Position numbers and translations under genes: made by a program. The notes under the pieces were generated by a model that did not search any database, was not told the DNA's origin, and worked only from the letters and a program-made list of their open reading frames with translations. Positions 1-10,327 of a stretch of 64,000 bases of DNA are shown piece by piece; position 1 is the stretch's first letter, and every line of letters starts with the position of its first letter. The stretch covers positions 2,080,001 to 2,144,000 of the forward strand of contig OZ242351.1 in assembly GCA_965208675.1 (NCBI GenBank). The letters are read 5' to 3'. This DNA is from Candidatus Poribacteria bacterium. Lineage in GTDB: Bacteria; Poribacteria; WGA-4E; PCPOR2b.

Positions 1-5
1 AAACG

Positions 6-3000
6 GTGTATTTCACATTCGATACAAGCCCGCCGATTGTGACCAGACTTACTGCCAACGGCGTGGACCTAAAACCCGGAACAGCGTTCAACACGCCGCT
101 GCAGTTTATGCAAGCCTTTCTCGCAGATAACATTGAATTGAATCGCAATGCCTCGACCATCCGCCTGAATGGGCCTAGCGGCGCGGTCGATGGCGGACAG
201 GGGCCCGTCGGCGAGAACGGTATCCAATTCTGGATGAGTTTCCCCTTAGAAACAGATGGAACAGACGACGGAACTTACACCCTCACGGTTGTGCCTGTGG
301 ACCGTGCAGCCAACGAAGGTTCACAGCGGCAGATTTCTTTCATTTATGACACCCAACCACCGCAACTCCTTTCCCTTACCCCGATTGAGAATTCGAAACC
401 GCGGACGTTCCGGAACACGCCGCTTTCTCAGGTAACCGCCGCCTTTGACGATGGGGATGGCAGCGGCATCAATCTTGATTCGACGACAATTGAAATGGTA
501 CGCCAAGTTGAAGGTAGTGATACCGCCCCGATACCCGGTGTGTTGGTTCCGAATGTGAGTGACAGCACACTGGTCTTTCGGTTGAACCAACCGCTGCTGG
601 TCCGCGATGGCAGTCAGGATGGCGCTTATGGGGTTCAGGTCAGCTTTGCGGATAAGGTGGGCAACGCTCACGCAACAGATGCTGTTCTGATTTATGACAC
701 GCAGTCACCTGTGCTAATCTCGACAACTCCTGCAGACAACGCGACGGTTTCATCTCTGTCTCAAGTAACTGTTCGCCTCGGAGATGCGACAAGCGGGATT
801 GATTTTTCATCCACAACCGTGAGATTGCTGCATGGTGGGAATGCGGTCAGCGTTGACACCAGCGATAACGGACAAGACGCTGTGACGCTCACCTTACCGA
901 AACCGCTGACAACCGACGGATCGGACGACGGTGAATACACCATTGAGATTACGCCCGCCGACCGCGCCGGTAACATTGGAACGGTGCGCCACACTCGGTT
1001 CTTCTTTGAAACACGATTCCCTGAGATTCGGCTCAATACCCCCGGTGAATCCCAAGTCAGCACCTTGACGACAATCGAGGTGCAACTGGTCGATTACGTC
1101 GGTCCCGGGATAAGTTTCTTCCCTGTTCTGCAAGACGGCGTCTCGCGCAGCGAATCGACGATTCAGGTGATTGGACCGGATGGAAGTGTTGTTTTACCCA
1201 AAGAAATAACTACCGATGCGGAAAACGCACGGTTGAATTGGACGATTGATACGCCTCTGCCGCGCGACAGCTCGGCAGATGGCGAATACACGGTCACGGT
1301 CAGATTTGTAGATGTAACGGACTCTGCTTTTACGGAAGACTTTACCTTTACTTTTGATACGCAGATTCCGACCGTCGCAAATACAACGCCGGGAGCCGGC
1401 GATATCGTCTCCCAGTTGAATCAGGTAGTTGTAAAATTCGAGTCGGACGTCAGCGGTGTGGACCTCGGTGCTTCCGAAGTGCGTCTAATTCAGCCTGATG
1501 GTTCGCCAATTTTGTCAAACATATCGAATGACGGGTTTGACACGATTACATTGCAATTTAATCCGCTGCGGACAGATGGGGACGCGGACGGTATTTACGC
1601 GATTGAAGTCACGTCCGTCGATCGGGCGGGGAATGCGGCGGAGGCACCATTGCGATTTGAATTTACGTACGCGACGCAAACTCCGGGGATTCGACTGAAT
1701 TCCCCCAGCGAAACTCACATCAGCAACTTAACGACAATTGAGGCGCAACTCTTGGGTTACACCGGTCCCGGCATCAATTTCTCACCCGTGTTGCAAGACG
1801 GCGATTTGCGCCGTAGATCGACAATTCAGGTGACAGGGCCCGATGGACAGGTTGTACGGGCCGAGGAGATTACCGCCGACGCGGAAAACGCGAGTTTAAC
1901 GTGGTCAATTGATACCGCCCTGCCCCGCAACGGATCCGCGGACGGGGAATACACCGTCCATGTTAGGTATGAAGATTTCGCGGGCAGTGCTTTCGCCGAA
2001 GAGTTTACGCTAATTTACGACACGCAGATTCCGACCGTTGCTAACACAAAGCCGAGTTCCGGCGACAACATCTCCGAATTGAGTAAAGTCATTGTTAAAT
2101 TCGAGCCGGACCTTAGCGGTGTCGACCTCGCCGCTTCCCAAGTGCTTCTCATTCGACCTGATGGCACGCCGGTTTTGTCAAACACGTCGAACAACGGTCT
2201 TGAGACAATTACACTGCAGTTTAATCCGCTGCGGACAGATGGGACTGCTGACGGTATTTACGCGATTGAAGTCACGTCCGTGGATGGTGCGGGAAATATC
2301 TCCGAAGCGCCATTTCGATTTGAATTTACGTTCGCAACACAGTCACCGGAGATTGACACGCTGGTACCGCCTGACAACGCGATTGTCAATAGCGTGGAAG
2401 ATATTACGGCGACGCTGATTGACAAAAGCGGAAGCGGCATAGATTTTTCGCAATCGACTATCATATTGAAAAATGCCCTCGGCGAGAGAATAGCGGGCGT
2501 TTTGAGAAATGACGGCGCGCTGGCGCTCACGCTGGAGGCAATACTACCAACCGACGGCGCGGCGGACGGGGAGTACACAATCGAAATCAATCTAGTTAAT
2601 GAACTCGGCACGAGCGCGGATTACACCAGCGTTTTTCTGTATGACAGCCACCCGCCGCAGATTACGCCGGAATCCCGCATGCCAGCGGACAGTGCGACGA
2701 ACTGGAATCAAATTGAAGTTGAATTTGAAGTTATAGACCCGGCGCCTTCCACGGCAAGAGACGGCGTGGAAGGGTCGGGCGTTGATTATTCCGCGTCAGA
2801 GGTTCAATTGCTGGCGCCGGACAGTTCCCCAGTTGACGGCGAAAAGACCTACGACGGAATGAGTCGCATCACCTTTAAATCCGCCGGATTTTCGAGTATT
2901 GGGACGTACACCCTGGTTGTAACACTGGTGGATGCCGCGGGAAACAGCGGGATTCCACAGACATTTACAATCACCTACGACATGGAAAAACCCGTCATTG

Positions 3001-6000
3001 AGGTGTTGAATGCGATCACGCCATTTGGCACCATGCCCCTCGACATTATTGGAGGCGCGTCCAACATCAGCGACCAGTTGACACGGGTCGAGGCCGTCTT
3101 GAGCGACGACAGTGCAGGGATAGATTTTAACCGCTCATTAGTCCAGTTGTTGAACCCTGACGGTGAAGCAACCGCCGGTGTTCTCAATAATGACAACAGC
3201 GAAACAGTTTGGTGGCTGCTTGATACGCCTCTCCCACGAAACGGCGACGCCGACGGCGCGTATTCAATCCGCGTTCAAGCCTTCGATAAAGCCGGGAACC
3301 TTGAAGACGCATCCTTTACGCTTCATTACGACACGCAAGCCCCGAACGTTGATTCAATTCGCGTACAACAGACAGACGGTGTGAGTATTGATGTACTTCA
3401 GGAATCTACTGTCATCATGTCCTCCGTGCACCGTCTAATTGTAAGCTTCTCGGACGAGCGCGGCAGCGGTATGGATTTCTCAAGGACAGCCGTGCGTCTA
3501 ATCGCCCCAAACGGGGACGAGATTGGCGGAAATCAGACCGATGATGGCGCCGGAACTGTGTTGTTCAGTTTTAATCCGCTGCCGGTAGACGGATTGGCTG
3601 ACGGGCGTTACCGCATTCAGGTGACGCCAACCGATTTGGCGGGTAATACGTACACCAGTCCAATCGAATTTCCGTTCTTCTATAGTACCCAGAATCCGGA
3701 GATTGTCTCGACGACACCGGCTGCGTTTTCATATGCTGCCCAACTCATGTCTGTGAGTGCGGCGTTGCTAGATCACAGCGGTGAAGGTATAGATTTCAAT
3801 CGGTCTACTATTCAGCTTACGGGGCCAACGGGCAACCGCGTCGCGGGACGCATTCGCACTGACAAAGCGGCTTCGACACTTACGTTGGAGTTGGCTACCG
3901 CCCTACCTCGAAACGGGGAGGCAGATGGAGAATATATCATCGGCTTGACCGTCACCGATAAAGCTGGCAACCTCGTCGAAGCATCTAGCACGTTTATCTA
4001 CGACACGCAGATTCCGCAGATTCTGTCCGTGACGGCAAATACTGAACCCCCAACGCACATCGAGGGTGACCAGTTAGAAATCATTGATACGTCGTTGAGC
4101 GAGATTACAGTCAGATTCTCTGACATACATAATGAAATAACGCCGGTCAGCGGGGTAGACCTCGCGGGGACAGCGGTCCGATTGATTGCGCCGGACGAGA
4201 CTGAGGTTGACGTACATGCCCGGGACAACGGGGTTGACACGATGACCGTCACTTTTACCCGCTTGAACCGTTCCGGCAACTACACGCTCGAAATCACGCC
4301 GCACGACCTCGCCGGCAACGTCTCAGGGCGTGCCATCCCTTACAACTTCAGAATTGAGTTGGCGCCTCCACGTGTTGATGCACTCACCATTAGCGGACAC
4401 GCTGCGCCAGTGGAGTTTGTCAATGCGCTGGACGCTATCACTGCCACGTTAGATGATGTGAGTGGCGTCGGTTTAGACTTGACCTCGGATGGATCGACCA
4501 TTACCGTGGTTGGACCTGACGGAAATGTAGACGGAATCCAGAACAGGAGCGGAACGAATGAGATTGTCTGGATACCGTTGCAACTGGCGACAGACGGTAC
4601 GATGGATGGCACCTATAGGGTGACAATAACCCCTGTCGATTCAGCGGGTGGCGAGGGTGTTCCGGCACGCCATCAATTCATATTGGATACTCAGACCCCA
4701 ACAGTGAGGCTGAATGCAGTCACTCCATCGCGTGTTATTCCGCTCGACATTACAGGGGATGCTCCCAACATCAGCAACCAGTTGACACGGGTCGAGGCCG
4801 TCTTGAGCGACGACAGTGCAGGGATAGATTTTAACCGCTCATTAGTCCAGTTGTTGAACCCTGACGGTGAAGCAACCGCCGGTGTTCTCAATAATGACAA
4901 CAGCGAAACAGTTTGGTGGCTGCTTGATACGCCTCTCCCACGAAACGGCGACGCCGACGGCGCGTATTCAATCCGCGTTCAAGCCTTCGATAAAGCCGGG
5001 AACCTTGAAGACGCATCCTTTACGCTTCATTACGACACGCAAGCCCCGAACGTTGATTCAATTCGCGTACAACAGACAGACGGTGTGAGTATTGATGTAC
5101 TTCAGGAATCTACTGTCATCATGTCCTCCGTGCACCGTCTAATTGTAAGCTTCTCGGACGAGCGCGGCAGCGGTATGGATTTCTCAAGGACAGCCGTGCG
5201 TCTAATCGCCCCAAACGGGGACGAGATTGGCGGAAATCAGACCGATGATGGCGCCGGAACTGTGTTGTTCAGTTTTAATCCGCTGCCGGTAGACGGATTG
5301 GCTGACGGGCGTTACCGCATTCAGGTGACGCCAACCGATTTGGCGGGTAATACGTACACCAGTCCAATCGAATTTCCGTTCTTCTATAGTACCCAGAATC
5401 CAGAGATTGTCTCGACCACTCCGGCTGCGTTTTCATACGCTGCCCAACTCATGTCTGTGAGTTCGGCGTTGCTAGATCACAGCGGTGAGGGCATAGATTT
5501 TGATCAGTCAACCATTCAGCTTACGGGGCCAACGGGCAACCGCGTCGCGGGACGCATTCGCGCAGACAAAGCGGCTTCGACACTCACGTTGGAGTTGGCT
5601 CCAGCCCTGCCTCGAAACGGGGAGGCAGATGGAGAATACATCATCGGCCTGACCATCGTGGATAAGGCGGGCAACCTCGTCGAATCGTCTAGCTCATTTA
5701 TCTACGACACGCAGATACCGCAGATTCTGTCCGTGACGGCAAATACTGAACCCCCAACGAACATCGAGGCTGACCAGTTAGAAATCATAGATACGTCGTT
5801 GCATGAGATTACTGTCATATTCTCAGACGCACATGATGAAATAACCCCAGTCAGTGGGGTAGACCTCGCGGGGACAGCGGTTCGATTGATTGCGCCTGAC
5901 GAAAGTCAGATCGACGTACATGCCCGCGACGACGGGGTTGACACGATGACCGTCACTTTTACGCGCTTGAACCGTTCCGGCAACTACACGCTCGAAATCA

Positions 6001-8744
6001 CGCCGCATGACCTCGCTGGCAACGTCTCGGGGCGCGCCATCCCTTACAATTTCAGAATTGAGTTGGCGCCTCCCCGCGTAGAAACAGCCAGCATTGGCGG
6101 ACATTCTACGCCGGTTGAGTTTGTCAATGCGCTGGACAGCATCACTGCCTCGCTTGTAGATGTCAGCGGCATCGGTTTAGACTTGACCTCCGACGGCTCG
6201 AGAATTACTGTACTTGGACCTGACGGAGAAGTGGACGGCATTCAGAGCACGCGCGGCACGAATGAGATTGTTTGGACACCGTTGCAACTCGCGACGGACG
6301 GCACGATGGATGGCACCTACACGGCGACAATAACCCCCATTGATTCAGCAGGTGAAGCCGGCATTCCGGTGCGGCATCAATTCATACTAGATACTCAGCC
6401 GCCCGTGGTAAGCGCAGTGTCGCCAATCATTCTCACTGAACCGGTATCCTATATTGGAGAACAGATCTCGCAAATCGCTGCATTGGCGGTCGATGCCGGT
6501 CCGGCTGGACTGAAAATCGATGAACAGCGGATTCACTTATTGGATTCACACGAGAACCTTGTGCCAGGAGATTTAACCAATGACGGAACGGAGCTGATAA
6601 TCTTCACGCTTACTCAATCTCTGGCAACCGATGGCAGCGACGATGGAACATACACCGTGGTTCTTGTTCTCAGCGACAATGCGGGCAATCTAAGCGGCAT
6701 TGCGCATCAGGTGGTGTATGACACGATAGCCCCAACGGTGCAAACGCACCCCGCGGATGGCGAGGCGATCCGTGATGATATCCGTACAATTTCGGCCGAT
6801 TTACAGGATACCGGCGGCAGCGGCATCGATTTTGACGCTTCGACTTTAACCCTTCTGGATGCAAACGGCGAGGAAATTACCGGCGAGCCGAATAACGATG
6901 GCCGCGGGCGGATGACGCTGCAAATCCCGGGGCTTGTGGCGGACGGGAACTATACTATCCGCGTCCTAGCTGTGGATCGGGCGGGAAATGGCGCCGATGC
7001 GCCTTTTACGGCGCGTTTCCTTTATTCGTCAAGTATACCGGCTGTGGTTTCAACCATACCAGCGACTTCGCCTCCTGAAAGAGCAACCACGAATAGACCC
7101 CTTCGCCAGGTCGAAGCCCAACTTCAGTTTGATGGAGACGACTCGGATCGTTCAACGATTACGCTGCTCTCTCCCGATGGCACACCTGTGGCGGGAATAC
7201 AGACTGAAGCTGGCAGCAGATTAGTGTATCGACTGTCGCGCCCTCTCGCTTCGGATGGATCTGACGACGGCATTTATACCATTTCGGTGATACCGGTCAA
7301 TCGCGCCGGACGCCAGGGGGCAACGCGGCAATTTACCTTTGCTTACGATACGATTCCACCCGAGATCGATCCGGATACCGTATCGTTGATTGTAGCGGAA
7401 CCGGGCGTTAACAATGCGCTCAACGAGATTCAGGCACTGATTACCGACGCCGAGCCGGGTTCGGGAATAAATTGGGACGATTTGGCTGAGTCTTGGCTCA
7501 CGTTTGAGAACATTGAGACGGGTCATCGCATTCGCGGAACGTTGTCTAGCGATGAACAGGAAACGCTTTCTTTGCGACTGGCGACGCCGCTTGCCAGCGA
7601 TGGAAGTCAAGATGGCGCATACCGCGTAACCGTAGTTGCTGCGGACCGCGCAAAGAACACCTCGGATCCGGTGATGTACGAATTCACCTACGATACACGT
7701 CCGCCGCTAGTCATTACGCATTCCTTAGAAATCAACGATCTGCCTCTGCTCTACGATAGGGAGCATTCCGACTATCCATCGGCAACTAACAGTATTACCG
7801 GCGTAGTCATTCGGGCGAGACTGGAAGATATTGCCCGCGACGGCGCGCGCGGGCTGGGAGTTGACCTCTCTCAATCAACAATTGCTCTGCATGATCCGGA
7901 GGGAAATCCGATAAACGGGCACATGCGCCAAAACGGAGTGGATACGATTGAGTTCAAATCTGACGCACTATCAATCGAAGGGCTTTATCAGGTTACCATC
8001 ACGAGCGTTGGGTTAGATGAGGCGGATCTCGGTTTTCAACCGATGGATTCAATCTCTACGGAGTTTCTTTATGAAAGAACTGAACCGGTTGCCGCGCTCA
8101 CAGATTTCGGCGGCGTCTCGACGCTTGAAAACGAACCGATTCCGTTGAGTGGCACGGCTTATGATCCGGAAACTGAAGAAGTATCTGCATCTGGAGTTCT
8201 GCAGATTGAAATTATTGGCGTGGGACCTAGCGGCGCCCCGATCAATCCGGTGCCGGCACAAGATGAAAGTGAAGCGGAGGAGGAACCGTGGAGCCGGTGG
8301 GCGGCCGATTTTCTGCCCACGCAATCCGGGGTATACAACCTTGATATTCGCGCCACTGATCAGGCGGGCAACGTTTCGGTGGTTGACGGCGTTACGGCGA
8401 CGTTCTCGGTTTCGCTCTCATTCAAGAGATCGACGTTTGTTTGGCCGAATCCAGTGAGACATTCACTCGGGGATGCGGCTAACTTCTCCTTCGATATCAA
8501 CGCCCCGGACGACGAGCGGATGGACGTTCTCCTTAGCATATACGATTTTGCCGGGGATCTCGTATACTATGAGGAGTTTCAAGAAATTTCCGCGGGCCGT
8601 ACCGACCAACTCGTGACGTGGAATCTAGAAAATCAATCGGGCGCCGACGTTGCGCGCGGGGTTTATATCTTCCGTCTTGAAGCGCAGCGTACCGGTTCAG
8701 AAGAACGTGCAAATGTAGTTGGCAAGGTTCTTGTTGTTGAATGA
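6..8744 (+). CDS. Giant surface protein with tandem ~110-aa bacterial Ig-like modules and a C-terminal T9SS type A/FlgD-like domain (5' end probably upstream of the window)
   Basis: 2912-aa ORF open at the window edge. Repeated module GSGIDF...PL..DGxxDGxY.I.V...D.AGN...F.YDT..P. C-terminus WPNP..IYDFAGDLV..WNLENQSG..VARGVYIFRL..GKVLVVE. Confidence 0.85.
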   Translation: MYFTFDTSPPIVTRLTANGVDLKPGTAFNTPLQFMQAFLADNIELNRNASTIRLNGPSGAVDGGQGPVGENGIQFWMSFPLETDGTDDGTYTLTVVPVDRAANEGSQRQISFIYDTQPPQLLSLTPIENSKPRTFRNTPLSQVTAAFDDGDGSGINLDSTTIEMVRQVEGSDTAPIPGVLVPNVSDSTLVFRLNQPLLVRDGSQDGAYGVQVSFADKVGNAHATDAVLIYDTQSPVLISTTPADNATVSSLSQVTVRLGDATSGIDFSSTTVRLLHGGNAVSVDTSDNGQDAVTLTLPKPLTTDGSDDGEYTIEITPADRAGNIGTVRHTRFFFETRFPEIRLNTPGESQVSTLTTIEVQLVDYVGPGISFFPVLQDGVSRSESTIQVIGPDGSVVLPKEITTDAENARLNWTIDTPLPRDSSADGEYTVTVRFVDVTDSAFTEDFTFTFDTQIPTVANTTPGAGDIVSQLNQVVVKFESDVSGVDLGASEVRLIQPDGSPILSNISNDGFDTITLQFNPLRTDGDADGIYAIEVTSVDRAGNAAEAPLRFEFTYATQTPGIRLNSPSETHISNLTTIEAQLLGYTGPGINFSPVLQDGDLRRRSTIQVTGPDGQVVRAEEITADAENASLTWSIDTALPRNGSADGEYTVHVRYEDFAGSAFAEEFTLIYDTQIPTVANTKPSSGDNISELSKVIVKFEPDLSGVDLAASQVLLIRPDGTPVLSNTSNNGLETITLQFNPLRTDGTADGIYAIEVTSVDGAGNISEAPFRFEFTFATQSPEIDTLVPPDNAIVNSVEDITATLIDKSGSGIDFSQSTIILKNALGERIAGVLRNDGALALTLEAILPTDGAADGEYTIEINLVNELGTSADYTSVFLYDSHPPQITPESRMPADSATNWNQIEVEFEVIDPAPSTARDGVEGSGVDYSASEVQLLAPDSSPVDGEKTYDGMSRITFKSAGFSSIGTYTLVVTLVDAAGNSGIPQTFTITYDMEKPVIEVLNAITPFGTMPLDIIGGASNISDQLTRVEAVLSDDSAGIDFNRSLVQLLNPDGEATAGVLNNDNSETVWWLLDTPLPRNGDADGAYSIRVQAFDKAGNLEDASFTLHYDTQAPNVDSIRVQQTDGVSIDVLQESTVIMSSVHRLIVSFSDERGSGMDFSRTAVRLIAPNGDEIGGNQTDDGAGTVLFSFNPLPVDGLADGRYRIQVTPTDLAGNTYTSPIEFPFFYSTQNPEIVSTTPAAFSYAAQLMSVSAALLDHSGEGIDFNRSTIQLTGPTGNRVAGRIRTDKAASTLTLELATALPRNGEADGEYIIGLTVTDKAGNLVEASSTFIYDTQIPQILSVTANTEPPTHIEGDQLEIIDTSLSEITVRFSDIHNEITPVSGVDLAGTAVRLIAPDETEVDVHARDNGVDTMTVTFTRLNRSGNYTLEITPHDLAGNVSGRAIPYNFRIELAPPRVDALTISGHAAPVEFVNALDAITATLDDVSGVGLDLTSDGSTITVVGPDGNVDGIQNRSGTNEIVWIPLQLATDGTMDGTYRVTITPVDSAGGEGVPARHQFILDTQTPTVRLNAVTPSRVIPLDITGDAPNISNQLTRVEAVLSDDSAGIDFNRSLVQLLNPDGEATAGVLNNDNSETVWWLLDTPLPRNGDADGAYSIRVQAFDKAGNLEDASFTLHYDTQAPNVDSIRVQQTDGVSIDVLQESTVIMSSVHRLIVSFSDERGSGMDFSRTAVRLIAPNGDEIGGNQTDDGAGTVLFSFNPLPVDGLADGRYRIQVTPTDLAGNTYTSPIEFPFFYSTQNPEIVSTTPAAFSYAAQLMSVSSALLDHSGEGIDFDQSTIQLTGPTGNRVAGRIRADKAASTLTLELAPALPRNGEADGEYIIGLTIVDKAGNLVESSSSFIYDTQIPQILSVTANTEPPTNIEADQLEIIDTSLHEITVIFSDAHDEITPVSGVDLAGTAVRLIAPDESQIDVHARDDGVDTMTVTFTRLNRSGNYTLEITPHDLAGNVSGRAIPYNFRIELAPPRVETASIGGHSTPVEFVNALDSITASLVDVSGIGLDLTSDGSRITVLGPDGEVDGIQSTRGTNEIVWTPLQLATDGTMDGTYTATITPIDSAGEAGIPVRHQFILDTQPPVVSAVSPIILTEPVSYIGEQISQIAALAVDAGPAGLKIDEQRIHLLDSHENLVPGDLTNDGTELIIFTLTQSLATDGSDDGTYTVVLVLSDNAGNLSGIAHQVVYDTIAPTVQTHPADGEAIRDDIRTISADLQDTGGSGIDFDASTLTLLDANGEEITGEPNNDGRGRMTLQIPGLVADGNYTIRVLAVDRAGNGADAPFTARFLYSSSIPAVVSTIPATSPPERATTNRPLRQVEAQLQFDGDDSDRSTITLLSPDGTPVAGIQTEAGSRLVYRLSRPLASDGSDDGIYTISVIPVNRAGRQGATRQFTFAYDTIPPEIDPDTVSLIVAEPGVNNALNEIQALITDAEPGSGINWDDLAESWLTFENIETGHRIRGTLSSDEQETLSLRLATPLASDGSQDGAYRVTVVAADRAKNTSDPVMYEFTYDTRPPLVITHSLEINDLPLLYDREHSDYPSATNSITGVVIRARLEDIARDGARGLGVDLSQSTIALHDPEGNPINGHMRQNGVDTIEFKSDALSIEGLYQVTITSVGLDEADLGFQPMDSISTEFLYERTEPVAALTDFGGVSTLENEPIPLSGTAYDPETEEVSASGVLQIEIIGVGPSGAPINPVPAQDESEAEEEPWSRWAADFLPTQSGVYNLDIRATDQAGNVSVVDGVTATFSVSLSFKRSTFVWPNPVRHSLGDAANFSFDINAPDDERMDVLLSIYDFAGDLVYYEEFQEISAGRTDQLVTWNLENQSGADVARGVYIFRLEAQRTGSEERANVVGKVLVVE
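1025..2350 (+). repeat. Older intragenic tandem duplication, period 663 bp (221 aa)
   Basis: IRLNTPGESQVSTLTTIEVQL at 1025 matches IRLNSPSETHISNLTTIEAQL at 1688. LQFNPLRTDG.ADGIYAIEVTSVD occurs in both copies. Confidence 0.8.
3039..6399 (+). repeat. Intragenic tandem duplication, period 1704 bp (568 aa)
   Basis: 3073-3697 and 4777-5401 look identical by eye. The shadow ORFs 3163..3384 and 4867..5088 are identical. Homology continues with mismatches to ~4695/6399. Confidence 0.9.
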
Positions 8745-8763
8745 TGGGGTGTGATTATGCGCG

Positions 8764-9050
8764 TGTAGGTTGGGTAGAGCGGATTTGGTGATTCATGTGT
8801 AGTATTTTGTGGGCAATACCTACGTTGGGATTGATCGGATAATGTAATAGCGGAGCGAAATCCAATGTTTTTGGATATTACGGAGCGTTTGGTATATGTG
8901 AAGCAATACGGATAAAACTATCGCCTTCGCTATTCGCTCAGTTGATCGTTGGGTTTCGCTCTGCGTGTATTGACAACAGCATCATCAGGAATTCGTACCG
9001 TTAATGCTTGTGTGAATCGTTTTGGGATTATCCGCTCTACCCAACCTACA
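8764..9050. repeat. REPIN/MITE-like element with 21-bp terminal inverted repeats
   Basis: TGTAGGTTGGGTAGAGCGGAT (8764-8784) is the exact reverse complement of ATCCGCTCTACCCAACCTACA (9030-9050). Inner arms are GCGAAATCCAA and TTGGGTTTCGC. Confidence 0.85.
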
Positions 9051-9171
9051 AGAGTTCGGTTGCGAATGAGGGTCGCGATTCGGGAATTGGTTCTACAAGA
9101 TACAGTTAGATTAGGATTGAGATACAGGCAAGTTATGCCCAAATATTTATGCACAATTTTATCTGAAAATT

Positions 9172-9180
9172 TGATATAAT
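9172..9180 (+). promoter_or_regulatory. Extended -10 promoter element (TGaTATAAT)
   Basis: TG-N-TATAAT in an AT-rich stretch upstream of the NHL gene. Confidence 0.5.
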
Positions 9181-9200
9181 ATTGGGTTAAGCCCGATGGT

Positions 9201-9236
9201 AAGGGGCAGTCTACTGCAGATTGCCCCTTCGTTTTT
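9201..9236 (+). terminator. Terminator-like hairpin in the leader of the NHL gene
   Basis: 12-bp stem AAGGGGCAGTCT/AGATTGCCCCTT with one G-U pair, followed by CGTTTTT. Confidence 0.55.
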
Positions 9237-9263
9237 GATATCTGATGCATTTTTTATGGGAGA

Positions 9264-10217
9264 ATGATAATGGACCAATCAACATCGAACCGCGGCGCCG
9301 AGGTTGAAATTGAGGGCAGCGGCGGGTTTAGATACGAGGTCGCCCAAGATTGGGAACAGTTGCCGCAAGGATTACGCTTCGGCGAAGTGGCTGGCGTAGC
9401 GGTAGACTCAAACGACCGCGTTTATGTTTTCCACCGCAGCGAGACTCCGGTTGTAATCTTCGAGCGCGACGGCACTTTTGTGAACTCTTGGGGCGAGGGC
9501 GACTTCGCTCGACCGCACGGCATATTTATTGGACCTGACGATTCAGTGTATCTTACCGATGATTTCGACCACACGGTCCGGAAGTTTACGACGGACGGCG
9601 AGCTCCTCTTGACGTTGGGCGTGAGCGGTGAATGCCCGGATACCGGCGTAATAAACATGGATCCCGGCACGGTTGTCCGCGCGGGACCGCCCTTTAATTT
9701 GCCAACGAATTTAGGTCTTTCCCAGAATGGCGACATGTACATCTCAGATGGGTATGGCAATGCCCGCGTCCACAAATTTTCGGCGGACGGCGAACTCCTT
9801 TTATCGTGGGGAGAACCCGGCACTGGGCCCGGGCAGTTTATTCTCCCGCACGGCGTTGCTCTGGACCGGAATGACAAAGTGTACGTCGCGGATCGGTCGA
9901 ACAATCGAATCCAAGTCTTCACGGCTGGCGGCGAGTATCTGACCGAATGGACGGATACAGAATCTCCGTGTCAGCTATTCATTGACGCCGATGACTATGC
10001 TTACGTAGCGGAATTGCCCGGCCGAGTCAGTATTTTTGATCTCAACGGCGCACTCCAAGCACGGTGGGGTACCGGCAGTGGGGCGGACATACCGGGTGAT
10101 TTGCAGGGCGCCCACGGCATATACGTTGATGCGCATGGCGACTTGTACGTGGGAGAAGTCGGTTTACTGCCAGAATCGCCGAATCGACATCATTTGCAGA
10201 AGTTTATCCGAATTTGA
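9264..10217 (+). CDS. NHL-repeat beta-propeller protein (PAL-like)
   Basis: Repeated F..PHGIA.D..D.VYV.DR.NNRIQVF and GEPGTGPGQFILPHG motifs. Confidence 0.9.
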   Translation: MIMDQSTSNRGAEVEIEGSGGFRYEVAQDWEQLPQGLRFGEVAGVAVDSNDRVYVFHRSETPVVIFERDGTFVNSWGEGDFARPHGIFIGPDDSVYLTDDFDHTVRKFTTDGELLLTLGVSGECPDTGVINMDPGTVVRAGPPFNLPTNLGLSQNGDMYISDGYGNARVHKFSADGELLLSWGEPGTGPGQFILPHGVALDRNDKVYVADRSNNRIQVFTAGGEYLTEWTDTESPCQLFIDADDYAYVAELPGRVSIFDLNGALQARWGTGSGADIPGDLQGAHGIYVDAHGDLYVGEVGLLPESPNRHHLQKFIRI

Positions 10218-10237
10218 TAGTGACATGAATATTTTGT

Positions 10238-10266
10238 CCTTCGGAAGGCATTCTGCCTTCCGAAGG
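10238..10266. repeat. Perfect 13-bp-stem intergenic hairpin
   Basis: CCTTCGGAAGGCA-TTC-TGCCTTCCGAAGG. Confidence 0.7.
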
Positions 10267-10327
10267 TTCCACACTTAAGCACGCCGTATTCACCACAATC
10301 AGATTTACCTGAAAAACCAGAGGCGAC

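Noticed and set aside
8930-9250. ORFs 8930..9250 and 8949..9179 (also 42097..42393)
   Set aside because: They translate REP arms (VGWVER) and have no independent coding support.
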